Shown: positions 48,589 through 58,272 of the stretch, in pieces
Position numbering within the stretch: position 1 is the stretch's first letter
Layout of the letters: every line of letters begins with the position of its first letter
Assembly: GCA_029553475.1 (NCBI GenBank)
Contig: JAKPKV010000137.1
Coordinates: forward strand, 69,976 to 133,975
Source of the DNA: Armatimonadota bacterium
Lineage (GTDB): Bacteria > Armatimonadota > Hebobacteria > CAIYQO01
Direction: 5' to 3'
Length of the DNA stretch: 64,000 nt
Translations under genes and position numbers: made by a program
Notes under the pieces: model-generated
What the model was told of the DNA's origin: nothing
The model's input: the letters and a program-made list of their open reading frames with translations, nothing else
The model's database searches: none

Positions 48589-48716
48589 GGCTCCTCCTAC
48601 GTACTGTGGCTTGGACTATGTGAAAAACACATTCCTTGGGCAATATACGGTAGAAAATGGTATCTCTGCGATTTCCGTTAAAATAATGTCTTTAGGGATA
48701 TTCGTCAATTCATCTA

Positions 48717-49529
48717 TTATCTTGGTTCCGCAATCGCCCCATACAGCTCCGCCCTTCGCACGCAGTACTGTCCGGTGGCGCTGATGGGGGTTTCCCGCAC
48801 TGTCTGGGCGGCGTTCAGGTCCACTTCCGCCGTCAGGCAGCCGCCGGTGTCCCCCTGGTACTCGGCGAGGAGGGCGCCGGTGTGGTCGCAGAGTTGCGCG
48901 TGGCAGGGGAGTGAGGTGGCGCCGGTTTGCGCGCCTTCGGCCATGAGGATGGGGACGATGTTATCGAGCGCGCGCAGGCGGGGCAGGCCGGCGCCGGCGA
49001 GGTAGCCACCGCTGCGCGCCGGCCAGAGGATGGCTCGCGCGCCGGAGAGCACCAGGCAGCGCGGCACCTCGGCGAAACAGCCGTCGAAGCAGATCATCAC
49101 CCCCAACTTGCCGAAGCGCGTCTCCACCAGGCCCAGCCGGTCGCCGGCGATGATGAACTCCGGCTCATTAAAGGGATGCCCGGCGAGATAGGGATGCAGG
49201 TGCGTCTTATAATACACTTGCGGTGCCCGTCCCGGCTCCGCCACGGCGTAGGCGTTATACACCTTGCCCGGCACGCCGGACGGCGCGGCGAATCCCCACC
49301 CCAGCACGCAGTCGCGCTCCGCGGCCAGCGCCTGGAAAGTCGCGAAGGTGGGGCTGGATACATCTTCGGCCCACGGCGTCAGGTCTCGCGCGCAATAACC
49401 GCAAGTAAATATCTCCGGCAGGATGACGAGATCAGCCGGTCCCGCCGCGCGAATAGTCTCACACGCCCGCGCTACGTTGCCGGCGATATCGCCTTCGAGC
49501 GAACTGATGTTGACGGAGAGGACGCGCAT
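48717..49529 (-). CDS. carbon-nitrogen hydrolase (nitrilase superfamily)
   Basis: 270 aa. ..ADLVILPEIFTCGY.. (Glu), ..YYKTHLHP.. (Lys), ..LGVMICFDGCF.. (Cys) catalytic-triad context. Confidence 0.85.
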   Translation of the reverse strand: MRVLSVNISSLEGDIAGNVARACETIRAAGPADLVILPEIFTCGYCARDLTPWAEDVSSPTFATFQALAAERDCVLGWGFAAPSGVPGKVYNAYAVAEPGRAPQVYYKTHLHPYLAGHPFNEPEFIIAGDRLGLVETRFGKLGVMICFDGCFAEVPRCLVLSGARAILWPARSGGYLAGAGLPRLRALDNIVPILMAEGAQTGATSLPCHAQLCDHTGALLAEYQGDTGGCLTAEVDLNAAQTVRETPISATGQYCVRRAELYGAIAEPR

Positions 49530-49558
49530 GGTCCCTCTCCTTTCATCGTAGTCATTTT

Positions 49559-49699
49559 GGAGGGCGAGACTCCGTCGAGCCGCGTGCGTAGGGACCGTGA
49601 TTGCATTCGCATATACCTTTGAGCGGGTACTACGCGCCTAGGTATGCAGAGAGTCGCTCCCGGTTCCTACGCACGCGGCTCGACGGAGTCTCGCCCTCC
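49559..49699. repeat. R5: perfect 34-bp inverted repeat with 73-bp loop
   Basis: GGAGGGCGAGACTCCGTCGAGCCGCGTGCGTAGG (49559-49592) and its exact reverse complement (49666-49699). Confidence 0.9.
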
Positions 49700-49704
49700 A
49701 AAAA

Positions 49705-51063
49705 TCACCCCTTCACAAACTTCACCACCCATGCTTCCTTGCACGGCAGTTCACCCACCGGCAGGCTAATCTCCGCGCCGTCGTCTGTCCGCGTCCAGTC
49801 GAGGGCGCCCGCGACGCCGAGCAGCGTGACTTTGCTGCCGGGGGCGGGCCGCAGGTCGCGCAGCGTCACCGTTGCCGGCGGTCGCTCCTGCCCCTCCTCC
49901 GCCAGCACGATGGCATACACCGTGTCGCCCTTGCTGGTGTAGCGCACCGGGCCCTCCGCGTAGGGGGCGATGGCGCGGGTGGCGTAGATCGCCTCGCCGT
50001 TCACCGCCATCCAGTCGCCGATGGCGCGCAGGCGCGCCAACTGCTCCGGCGCCACCGCGCCGTCGGGCATCGGGCCGATGTTCAGCAGAAAATTGCCGTC
50101 TTTGGCCACCGTATCCACCAGCAGGTGGATGAGCGTGCGCACGCTCTTGTAGCGGTCGTTCGGCCGGTACGCCCAACCATCGCCCATCGTCAGGCAGCTT
50201 TCCCAGGGGTGGCCCAGCGGGGCGTCGGGAATGACCTGCTCCGGGGTGAGGATGTTTTCGAAGGCGCCGCCCACCGTGCGGTCGGCGATGATGAGCCCCG
50301 GCTGGTGGCGGCGCGCCATGGCGGCGATGCGGTCCATGCGGATGTCCTGCCGCGGCGGCCGCACCTGCCCGCCATCCAGCCAGAGGATGTCAATCGGCCC
50401 GTAGCCGGTCATCAGCTCCTCGATCTGGTCGTAGACGAACTGCTGGAACCGCGCCCACTGCTCCGGCTTCGCCCGCGTGTCATAATTCGGGTTGCGGTCC
50501 GGCGCCGGCAGCGCGGGATCCCAATACGCTGGGTGATGCCAGTCGGACTTGGAAAAATAGCAACTGATCGCCAGCCCCTCGGCGCGGAAGGCGTCGAAAA
50601 CGTGCTGCGCGATATTCGCCCGCGGGTCGGCGTGGAACGGGCAGTCCGGCGCGGTGATGCGGTAATCGGTGGTCCGCGTGTCGAACATGCAGAAGCCGTC
50701 GTGGTGTTTGGTGGTGAAGGCCGCGTATTGCATCCCCGCGTACTTCGCCGCCGCCGCCCAGACGGATGGGTCGAAATTGACCGGATTGAAAGTGCGGTTG
50801 AGCGCCCAGTACTCCCGGCGGAAGCGCGACAGGTCTTTGCCGCGCTCCACCCAGCAGGCGAGATCGTCGGGCCGCGCCCAGGTGTCCTCCTCCACCAGCG
50901 GCCAGCTCTCGATGCACCCCCACTGGCAATACGGCCCCCAGTGGATGATCATGCCGAACCGCAGGTCCTGAAACCACGCCAGCCGCTGCCACAGCCAGTC
51001 CGGGTACTCCACCACCAGGTGATCCGCGGTGGAATGGTTGATGATATCGTCGCGCTCCGCCAT
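49705..51063 (-). CDS. alpha-L-fucosidase (GH29)
   Basis: ATG at 51063 after GGAGG. ..IIHWGPY.., FTTKHHDGFCMFDT, ..ILWLDGG.. GH29 motifs. Confidence 0.85.
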   Translation of the reverse strand: MAERDDIINHSTADHLVVEYPDWLWQRLAWFQDLRFGMIIHWGPYCQWGCIESWPLVEEDTWARPDDLACWVERGKDLSRFRREYWALNRTFNPVNFDPSVWAAAAKYAGMQYAAFTTKHHDGFCMFDTRTTDYRITAPDCPFHADPRANIAQHVFDAFRAEGLAISCYFSKSDWHHPAYWDPALPAPDRNPNYDTRAKPEQWARFQQFVYDQIEELMTGYGPIDILWLDGGQVRPPRQDIRMDRIAAMARRHQPGLIIADRTVGGAFENILTPEQVIPDAPLGHPWESCLTMGDGWAYRPNDRYKSVRTLIHLLVDTVAKDGNFLLNIGPMPDGAVAPEQLARLRAIGDWMAVNGEAIYATRAIAPYAEGPVRYTSKGDTVYAIVLAEEGQERPPATVTLRDLRPAPGSKVTLLGVAGALDWTRTDDGAEISLPVGELPCKEAWVVKFVKG

Positions 51064-51253
51064 GCGTCCGCCTCCCCACAAAGCTGGGAGCATTGTACCT
51101 GCGAGGGCGGGCCGCTGCCAACCCCTGTCCCGGCGCACGCCGTGCCCGCGCCGCGGTCAGGACCAGGCTGTGCGGAGTACAACTCCGCGGCCCCAGTATC
51201 GGCGGAGTGCAACGAACCAGGAACCAGGCTGTGCCGCCGGGGCATGCGTCGCG

Positions 51254-52315
51254 TCACCTCAGCACGAGCACGATGAAGCGGATCTTCTGGATCTCGAAGT
51301 ACTGCTGGGTGTCATCGTAGCAGGTGAGGGGGGTGATCCGGACATATCGCGCCTGCGCCGGGCTGCCGAATTGGTAGTCCTCGCCTCGGTAGTTCGTCAC
51401 GAACGTCGCCGGAGCGGTGGGGAGGGGCACGGCCAGGACATTCGGCGTGATGGTCACCGGCGTGAAGCTGGTGCCGTTGAGCGACACCGCCACGTTCGCC
51501 GTGCGCACGGCGTATTTGGCCGAGTTGGCCGCGTTCGTGTTCCATAAATGGAACGCGGACACGTAATACGCCTGCCCCAGGTCGTAAATCAGATGGACGT
51601 CTGTTTTCGTGCTGCTGCACCAGGGATAATGGATTTGATCATAGCCATACGTGTGCCCCGGCCAGATGGCGGGCACCTCCGCGCCGGTCACGATATCGGC
51701 GGACAGGCCGGTGGCGTCAAGCGTGTGAGAGGCGGGATAGAGCGCGCTATAGGGCTTGGACGCCGCCTCATCCACCCCGACGGGCTTCACCACCATCCGC
51801 TGCGCCCCGGCGGGGACGTCGGGCCCTTTATACGTCCAGGAGGCGCTCTTGTCGGTGGTTTCCACATGCCCATCCACGAAGGCCGCGATGGTCTTTTTAC
51901 TGTGGCGGGTGGCCGCCGTGGCGAGGTGCTGGCCGTCGGCGGTGCAGAAGGTGGCGGTGGGATCGGACACATCGCCGAGCGCGGTGCCATCCAGCACATT
52001 GTTATACACGTAGTCGGGGTTGGTGGCGGCGCCTTTCTTCGAGGTGGTCGGGCAGTCCCACACCTTGCCCGGGGTCTCCGCCGCCTGCGTCCAGGTGGCC
52101 GACCGGGGCAGGGTTTCATCGTAGTCCTGCGCGTACAGGGTGATCGCGGTGACGAGCTGGCGCTGATTGTGCATGCAGGTGGTCTGCCGCGCCTTCTCAC
52201 GGGCGTTCGCAAACACCGGGAAGAGGATGGCCGCCAGGATGGCGATGATCGCGATGACGACGAGCAGCTCGATCAGGGTGAACCCGGAATGCGGCCGCTG
52301 ATGATGATGAGACAT
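51254..52315 (-). CDS. prepilin-type H-X9-DG family protein with F5/8-type-C (discoidin)-like C-terminal domain (solitary copy)
   Basis: ATG at 52315 after [55 protein letters not shown]-terminus ..[26 protein letters not shown]... No flanking inverted sites; a TATAAT lies at 52347-52352 (minus). Confidence 0.88.
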   Translation of the reverse strand: MSHHHQRPHSGFTLIELLVVIAIIAILAAILFPVFANAREKARQTTCMHNQRQLVTAITLYAQDYDETLPRSATWTQAAETPGKVWDCPTTSKKGAATNPDYVYNNVLDGTALGDVSDPTATFCTADGQHLATAATRHSKKTIAAFVDGHVETTDKSASWTYKGPDVPAGAQRMVVKPVGVDEAASKPYSALYPASHTLDATGLSADIVTGAEVPAIWPGHTYGYDQIHYPWCSSTKTDVHLIYDLGQAYYVSAFHLWNTNAANSAKYAVRTANVAVSLNGTSFTPVTITPNVLAVPLPTAPATFVTNYRGEDYQFGSPAQARYVRITPLTCYDDTQQYFEIQKIRFIVLVLR

Positions 52316-52425
52316 CAGACGCTCCTTTCGCAAACTGATGCATGAAATTATAAGCGGCAGGCACGGCAGCGTCGTTCTCTGATACGGACTTAGTATTTCG
52401 CGATCCGGTCACGGGGGAGAATTGG

Positions 52426-52473
52426 AAACGCTCTCCACGCGTCTCGCCGCCGCGAGATGCGTGGAGAGCGTTT
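52426..52473. terminator. long hairpin after the AraC-family gene
   Basis: AAACGCTCTCCACGCGTCTCG-CCGC-CGCGAGATGCGTGGAGAGCGTTT with a flanking T-run. It abuts the AraC stop codon (52474-52476). Confidence 0.55.
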
Positions 52474-53384
52474 TTAGGCGCCGACGTCAGTGCGGTACTG
52501 GCTGGGCGTCATGCCGAAACGGCGTTTGAAGAGCGCGCAGAAGTAGGCGACGTTGGCGATGCCCACCCGGGCACCGATGGCGGAGAGTTTCAGGTCTGTT
52601 TCGCGGAGCAGCAAGCAGACCTGGCGCATGCGCAACTGCAGCAGGTATGCCATCGGGCTCAAGCCCGTTTGCGCGCGGAAGAGGCGCGCGAGGTGGCGCG
52701 GGCAGTATCCGGCGTGCTGGGCGAGCGTGGCCATGGTGATCGGCTCCGCGAGATGCTGCAGCATGAACTGCTCGACCTGGGGCACCACCTGCGGCACGCG
52801 GGGATGGGCCGGCGGCGTCTCCGCAAACCAACCGGCCACGGCCAGCGCGTCGGCGGTCAGAGCACCGCGGCCATGGCGCGCATCGTCCAGCCGGGCCGCC
52901 CCTCCGCCGCCTCGGTAAAGATGTGCCGGCACATCGCGATCACCGCCGGGTCGGCAGGCCAGACCGACGGCACGGGGACGGCGACGGCGGGGTCCAGCGT
53001 CATCTGTACGGCACAATACACGCAGGTGTGCGCCGCGACAGCCCAGGAATGCTCGGTATACGGCGCATGCAGCATCATGCTGCCCGGCTGCAGCGCCTGC
53101 GGCGCGGCGCCCGGATACGCGGCCCCCCCCTGCACGATCACCAGCAACTCGTAATACGAGTGGGAATGGGGCGGAACCGTCGCGCCCGGGCGCATGGAGT
53201 GCAGGGCCACGTTCTCCAGCGTCATCGCGTAGTCGCCGACGGTGAACCGCGGCTGGTCGTGGAACAACCGCTCACACCGCTGGCGCAGCCACCACCAGCG
53301 CTCGGACGCCGTTTCCTGCACGCCACGCTGCATAAAAAAACACCCCCGGAACATCGGGACAGGCATCACCCCGCGCCAAGCCAT
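52474..53384 (-). pseudogene. AraC-family regulator split by a frameshift (cupin N-domain + HTH C-domain in different frames)
   Basis: ORF 52857..53384 encodes the cupin part (..PPHSHSYYELLVIVQG..) and stops at ..RAMAAVL*. ORF 52474..53016 carries the AraC HTH (..ITMATLAQHAGYCPRHLARLF..FKRRFGMTPSQYR). The frames join smoothly at about 52858-52866 if one base is added. Confidence 0.7.
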
Positions 53385-53587
53385 TTATCGTCGCCACGGC
53401 TATATATCTTCGCCACGGGTAAAAATATCCCTGCGTGGGCACCTGCCGCGGATGCCGGGTACAGCGGAAACACGCTGTCACCGCGCGGCAACCGGTCGGA
53501 CAGCACGGCGAATCGAAGCAGCACGGCCCGCGCCGCAGGAACCTGATGAGGTCACTTTTGCATTTTCCGAACTTTTCTCTCTTGAGG

Positions 53588-53617
53588 TTGACAGTGTCGA
53601 AATCATCTCTTTATAAT
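53588..53617 (+). promoter_or_regulatory. near-consensus sigma-70 promoter of ftsZ
   Basis: TTGACA-18 nt-TATAAT (TTGACAgtgtcgaaatcatctcttTATAAT), about 130 nt upstream of the ftsZ start. Confidence 0.65.
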
Positions 53618-53745
53618 GACCCAAGAGATCAGGCGTCTCGCCGGGCGTCATGGCTCGGCTGATCCCCCTTAAGGTAGACATGACGCAATTCCAGTTTGAA
53701 TTCAGCAGCAGCGCATGCATGGAACCCGCGCGAAGGGAGATAGCA

Positions 53746-54792
53746 GTGGTTAAGCTACATGATGGCCAGGCGCGTATCAAGGTCGTCGGCGTGGGCGGCG
53801 GCGGCAGCAACGCCGTGGACCGCATGATTGACGCCGGCCTGGGCGGCGTGGAATTCATCGTCTGCAACACCGATATGCAGGCGCTGGCGCGCTCCTCCGC
53901 CGAACGCAAGGTGCAGCTCGGCGAAGACGTGACCCGCGGGCTGGGCGCGGGCGGCAACCCGGAGATCGGCCGCCAGTCCGCCGAGGAAAGCCGCCAGGAA
54001 TTGAAAAACATCCTCGACGGCGCGGACATGGTCTTCATCACCGCCGGCATGGGCGGCGGCACCGGCACCGGCGCCGGCCCGGTGATCTCCGAGATCGCCA
54101 AAGAGCTGGGCGCCCTCACCGTGGCGGTGGTCACCAAACCCTTCCGCTTTGAAGGCCGCCGCATGATCACCGCCAACGAGGGCATGAACCGCCTCCGCGG
54201 CAAGGTGGACGCGCTCATCGCCATCCCGAATGAGCGGCTGCAGGGCGTGGTGCCGAAGAACACCAGCATGCTGGAAGCCTTCCGCTATGCCGACGAAGTG
54301 CTGCGCCAGGGCGTGCAGGGCATCTCCGACCTCATCACCGTCGCCGGCGACCTGAACCTGGATTTCGCCGACGTCTGCGCCGTGCTCTCCAATGCCGGCA
54401 CCGCGCTGATGGGCATCGGCGAAGGCTCCGGCGAGCGCCGCGCCGCCGAAGCCGCGCAGGCCGCCATCTCCAGCCCGCTGCTGGAAACCTCGATGGAAGG
54501 CGCCACCCGCATCCTCTTCAACATCACCGGCGGCTGCAACCTCAGCCTCAACGAAGTGGATGAAGCGGCCAGCATCATCGCCAGCGCGTCCGGCGTGGAA
54601 GACGCCAACGTCTACTTCGGCATCGTCTTCGACGAACGGCTGGAAGAGCGCGTGCGCATCACCGTCGTCGCCACCGGCTTCACCGCCGACGCCATGGGCG
54701 ACGCCGCCCGCGCGCTGGCCGGCTCCGCCGTCCCGGCCCCGGTGGCCGCCGAAGGCGACCTGGAAATCCCCACCTTCCTGCGCCGCAAGTAA
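53746..54792 (+). CDS. ftsZ: cell division protein FtsZ
   Basis: GTG at 53746 after GGGAG (alternative ATG at 53719). [29 protein letters not shown] tubulin signature, C-terminal [11 protein letters not shown] peptide. Confidence 0.92.
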   Translation: MVKLHDGQARIKVVGVGGGGSNAVDRMIDAGLGGVEFIVCNTDMQALARSSAERKVQLGEDVTRGLGAGGNPEIGRQSAEESRQELKNILDGADMVFITAGMGGGTGTGAGPVISEIAKELGALTVAVVTKPFRFEGRRMITANEGMNRLRGKVDALIAIPNERLQGVVPKNTSMLEAFRYADEVLRQGVQGISDLITVAGDLNLDFADVCAVLSNAGTALMGIGEGSGERRAAEAAQAAISSPLLETSMEGATRILFNITGGCNLSLNEVDEAASIIASASGVEDANVYFGIVFDERLEERVRITVVATGFTADAMGDAARALAGSAVPAPVAAEGDLEIPTFLRRK

Positions 54793-54959
54793 ACGCCCGG
54801 AGGATAGCCCACCCGATGACAGCCCGGCGTCTGCCGGGCTGTCATGAGTTTGGGCCTCGTCGCGAAAAAATTTCTCCCCGGAAAATTTCTCTCCAGCAGG
54901 AACTGTATGTTTTGGCGGCGTATTCATGCGCATGCAATCCGAAACGAGGTACGTGTGCC

Positions 54960-57900
54960 ATGAACAAGTCCGCAGCGTGCATGACGCTTTTCCTGTGCTT
55001 GCTGCTGGCCGCGCGGCTGCCGGCCGCCGACCTGCCTGACCCGAAAACCGGCGGCAAGGACGGCCGCCCGCTGGCCATCCTCTTCCTGAGCTGGGCGCCG
55101 AGGCTGGATGCCACCTATGCCGAGAAGCTGACGGCGCGCGGTTTCGTCTGCGGCAGCGCCAACTACCTGGAGCCCATCGCGCTTGAATTTCTCCGGCAGT
55201 TCAATGTGTTCGTCCTCGATGAGCTGCCGAACGCGAATTACGACTACCGCGCGGGCATGGAGCATTATCGCGCCACGATGGGGATGCTGCGTCGCTGCGT
55301 GGAAGACGGCGCGGGCCTGCTGACCTATGCCGGCTATGGCGCGCACTTCCAGGCGGGATGGAACCGCGAGCTGGCGCCCTACGGCATCACCTCGCTGCAT
55401 CGCGGCGTCCTCGATCCCTCGGTCGGCGGGCTGGCGCCCTGGAGGGCATACGTGCAGAACAGCTATGGGTGGACGACGAACCTGCATGCCACGCACCCCG
55501 TCACCGCCGGGCTGCAGCGCGTCTACTATCCGATGGGCGAGCTGAATGGCACCGCGGTCTTTCCCACCGTGCCGTTGATCTGCGACGCCGCCTGGACGCC
55601 GTTGGTGCGGACGATGCCCGGCAGTCACCTGGTGCTCTTCACCCCACCCGACGGCGGCCTGCTGTATGAGCCCGGTCCGCCGGCGCCGCGCACCATCGTC
55701 GCCGCGCGCGCCGTCGGCAACGGCCGCATGGCCGCCTGCGGCATCGTGCCGGAGTTCACCCACCGCGGCGGCTACAGCAGCGGCAATACCCGCTACGAGC
55801 TGCGCCTGGGCAATCAGGGCGGCACCATGCTGGAGAAAGGCGACGGCATGATCCCCAGCGACGCCGCTGAGCTGCTGCTGCGCCTGTATGCCTGGCTCGC
55901 CGGTGATTCGGCGACGGCGGGCTTCGGCGGCTACGTGCCGGGCACGCCGGCTGTCGCCGGCGCGCCGGCGCCGGACCCCAATGCCGGCCTGCCCTGGCGC
56001 AGCTACCGCGCCCTCATCGGCGCGCGCTCCAAGTACGGCGGCGGCACGGGCACGGTGGCCGAGTATGCCCAGGCGGCGAAAGACGCGGGCTTCAGCCTGC
56101 TCGTCTTCACCGAACGGTTCGCCGCCCTTGATCCCGCCCAATGGGATGCCTACCTCGCCGACTGCGCCGCGAGCAGCGACGAGACGCTCACCGTGCTGCC
56201 GGGCTTCGAAATTGACGATGTGGAGGGCAGCCACTTCCTCTACCTCGCGCCGCCATTTTACCCGCACCGCTCCTGGCTCACCGCCGACGGCCGGCGCCTG
56301 CTGAGTCCGTATACGCTGAACTTCTATTACGCCAAGCATATGGTGGTGGTGCATCGCCCGGAGAGCAGCCCCATCCCCACCGAGCGATTGAAGCATTTTC
56401 AGGGCATCTCCGTCTATACCTATCGGGACGGCGCGCTGGTGGATAACAGTCTGGCCGCATTCCAGTGGCAGGTGCAGAGCGCCTCATTCCCCGTGCCCAT
56501 CGTCGTCCATGAGCTCAACAGCCCCGCCGAGGTGGCGGCCGCGGCGCGCACCGGGTTTCAGCAGTGGCTGCCCGAAGCGCCCACGCCGGCGGACGCCGTG
56601 AATCGCTTCTGCCGTCAGGGATACAACCATCCGACCCACCCGATGATCAGCGAAGGCCCGCGCATCGCGCCCCTTGAAGTGCTGGACCTGCCGGATCCGA
56701 ACCGGCGCATGGAGGCCAAGGAGGCGCAGACCTTCGAACTCGCGGTGCGCGTCGAGCACACCATCCCGCTGCACACCATCACCCTCTACGACGGGTTCAC
56801 CCCGGTGCGCCGCTGGCGCACGACGGAGAAAAATTTCGCCGCCACCGCCGTCTTCCCGTTTTCGCATCAGTACGGCTTCTCCGTCATCGCCGAGGACGCC
56901 GCCGGCAAGCGCGCCCTGCGCAGCATGTTCTGGATCGCCCCCGGACGCTGGCCGGGACATTTCCGCTGCACGGACCGCCAGAACTGGCTGGGGCACCTCG
57001 CCATGTACTATACCGGCGCCTTCCTGCCCTTCGGCGGCGCCTACCACGCGCTGAAGATGCCCATTAAAGGCACCGAAGAAGGGAACGGCCTGTTCACCGC
57101 CCTGCCCGGCACCTGCATGGCGGCGAAGCTGCAGACCCCCTTCACCGGCAACGACGTGGTGCTGACCGAGTTCCTCCTCGATGAAAAATACGTGGACGCG
57201 ACCTTCAAGACGGTCGGACTGGCGGCGACGCCGTCCCGCGCGAGCCGCAGGTCATCCGTGTATGCCGGGCGCGTGCGCCACTACAGCTTCACCCAGTCGC
57301 ACGAGGCGGAGCCCTGGGTGGCGCTGATCGAGTATGACCTGACGCTCAAGCGCGCCGTGGAGCCCATCAATCCCGCCGGCCTCTTCCCGGCCATTGATCA
57401 AGTGCGCGCGGCCAAGTACTGCTGGTGGGATGGCACGCGCTTTATCACCGGCGCCATGAATCCCGCCGCGCGCGATCAGGTGCTGCCCATCCCCCGCGGC
57501 GGGCTGGGCGGGGGCGTCATCCCGCTCGATGACGGCTTCGCGCTCTCGGATGGCCGCATCGGCCGCCTGCTGCCCGGCGCCCCGGACTATCTGCCGGCCG
57601 GCACGCGTCTCGCCGGGCGTTTCCTGGTTGCCGGCCGCTCCAATCAGGTCGGGGCGTATGACACAGTGACGCGCAACTTCGACGCCGCCCCCGAACGCTG
57701 GCTGCGGGCGATGGGTTTTGCCGGCGCAACCCCGTACGCGCTGCGCTTTACCCGCGGCACAGCCGGCCCGGTCGCCTTCTGCGTGCCGGTGACGCCGGAA
57801 GCGTATGGCGTAGCCGGCGCGGTGCGCACCTCCGCTGACATTCCGTATGACCTGCCGCTGCAGATCACCGGGCTGAACCCGCGCTGGGTCGCCGGCAGCT

Positions 57901-58199
57901 GGCGCGAGGGTGAGCGCATTCGCTACACCGGCGTCTTCGAAAACACCGCCTGGCCGCGCCTCAACGTCGGGAAGCCCGGGGCGTTTTATGCCGGCAACCT
58001 GCTCACCGCCGATCACCCGCACCTCGTGCTCGCCATCCGCGCCTGGACAGCCGATGCGATCAGCATTGAGGTGCATAACCCCACCGGCGCCGCCATCGAG
58101 GCCACCGTGGCCACGCCGCCGGAGATGCGCGGGTATACGGCGCTGCGCGCGAAGGTCGCCGTGCCGGCCGGGGCGACCGTCTGGCTCGAGGCGCCATGA
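54960..58199 (+). CDS. large secreted protein, unknown function
   Basis: ATG at 54960. Signal peptide MNKSAACMTLFLCLLLAARLPAADL. 1079 aa with no family I can name. One segment (..YGGGTGTVAEYAQAAKDAGFSLLVFTE..) looks PHP-like. Confidence 0.7.
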   Translation: MNKSAACMTLFLCLLLAARLPAADLPDPKTGGKDGRPLAILFLSWAPRLDATYAEKLTARGFVCGSANYLEPIALEFLRQFNVFVLDELPNANYDYRAGMEHYRATMGMLRRCVEDGAGLLTYAGYGAHFQAGWNRELAPYGITSLHRGVLDPSVGGLAPWRAYVQNSYGWTTNLHATHPVTAGLQRVYYPMGELNGTAVFPTVPLICDAAWTPLVRTMPGSHLVLFTPPDGGLLYEPGPPAPRTIVAARAVGNGRMAACGIVPEFTHRGGYSSGNTRYELRLGNQGGTMLEKGDGMIPSDAAELLLRLYAWLAGDSATAGFGGYVPGTPAVAGAPAPDPNAGLPWRSYRALIGARSKYGGGTGTVAEYAQAAKDAGFSLLVFTERFAALDPAQWDAYLADCAASSDETLTVLPGFEIDDVEGSHFLYLAPPFYPHRSWLTADGRRLLSPYTLNFYYAKHMVVVHRPESSPIPTERLKHFQGISVYTYRDGALVDNSLAAFQWQVQSASFPVPIVVHELNSPAEVAAAARTGFQQWLPEAPTPADAVNRFCRQGYNHPTHPMISEGPRIAPLEVLDLPDPNRRMEAKEAQTFELAVRVEHTIPLHTITLYDGFTPVRRWRTTEKNFAATAVFPFSHQYGFSVIAEDAAGKRALRSMFWIAPGRWPGHFRCTDRQNWLGHLAMYYTGAFLPFGGAYHALKMPIKGTEEGNGLFTALPGTCMAAKLQTPFTGNDVVLTEFLLDEKYVDATFKTVGLAATPSRASRRSSVYAGRVRHYSFTQSHEAEPWVALIEYDLTLKRAVEPINPAGLFPAIDQVRAAKYCWWDGTRFITGAMNPAARDQVLPIPRGGLGGGVIPLDDGFALSDGRIGRLLPGAPDYLPAGTRLAGRFLVAGRSNQVGAYDTVTRNFDAAPERWLRAMGFAGATPYALRFTRGTAGPVAFCVPVTPEAYGVAGAVRTSADIPYDLPLQITGLNPRWVAGSWREGERIRYTGVFENTAWPRLNVGKPGAFYAGNLLTADHPHLVLAIRAWTADAISIEVHNPTGAAIEATVATPPEMRGYTALRAKVAVPAGATVWLEAP

Positions 58200-58272
58200 G
58201 GCGGCCGGCGCCCCTGGTGGCGTCTCATCTCTCGCCCCCGCGCGAAAAATCTGGTAGACTGGTATCCAGCCT

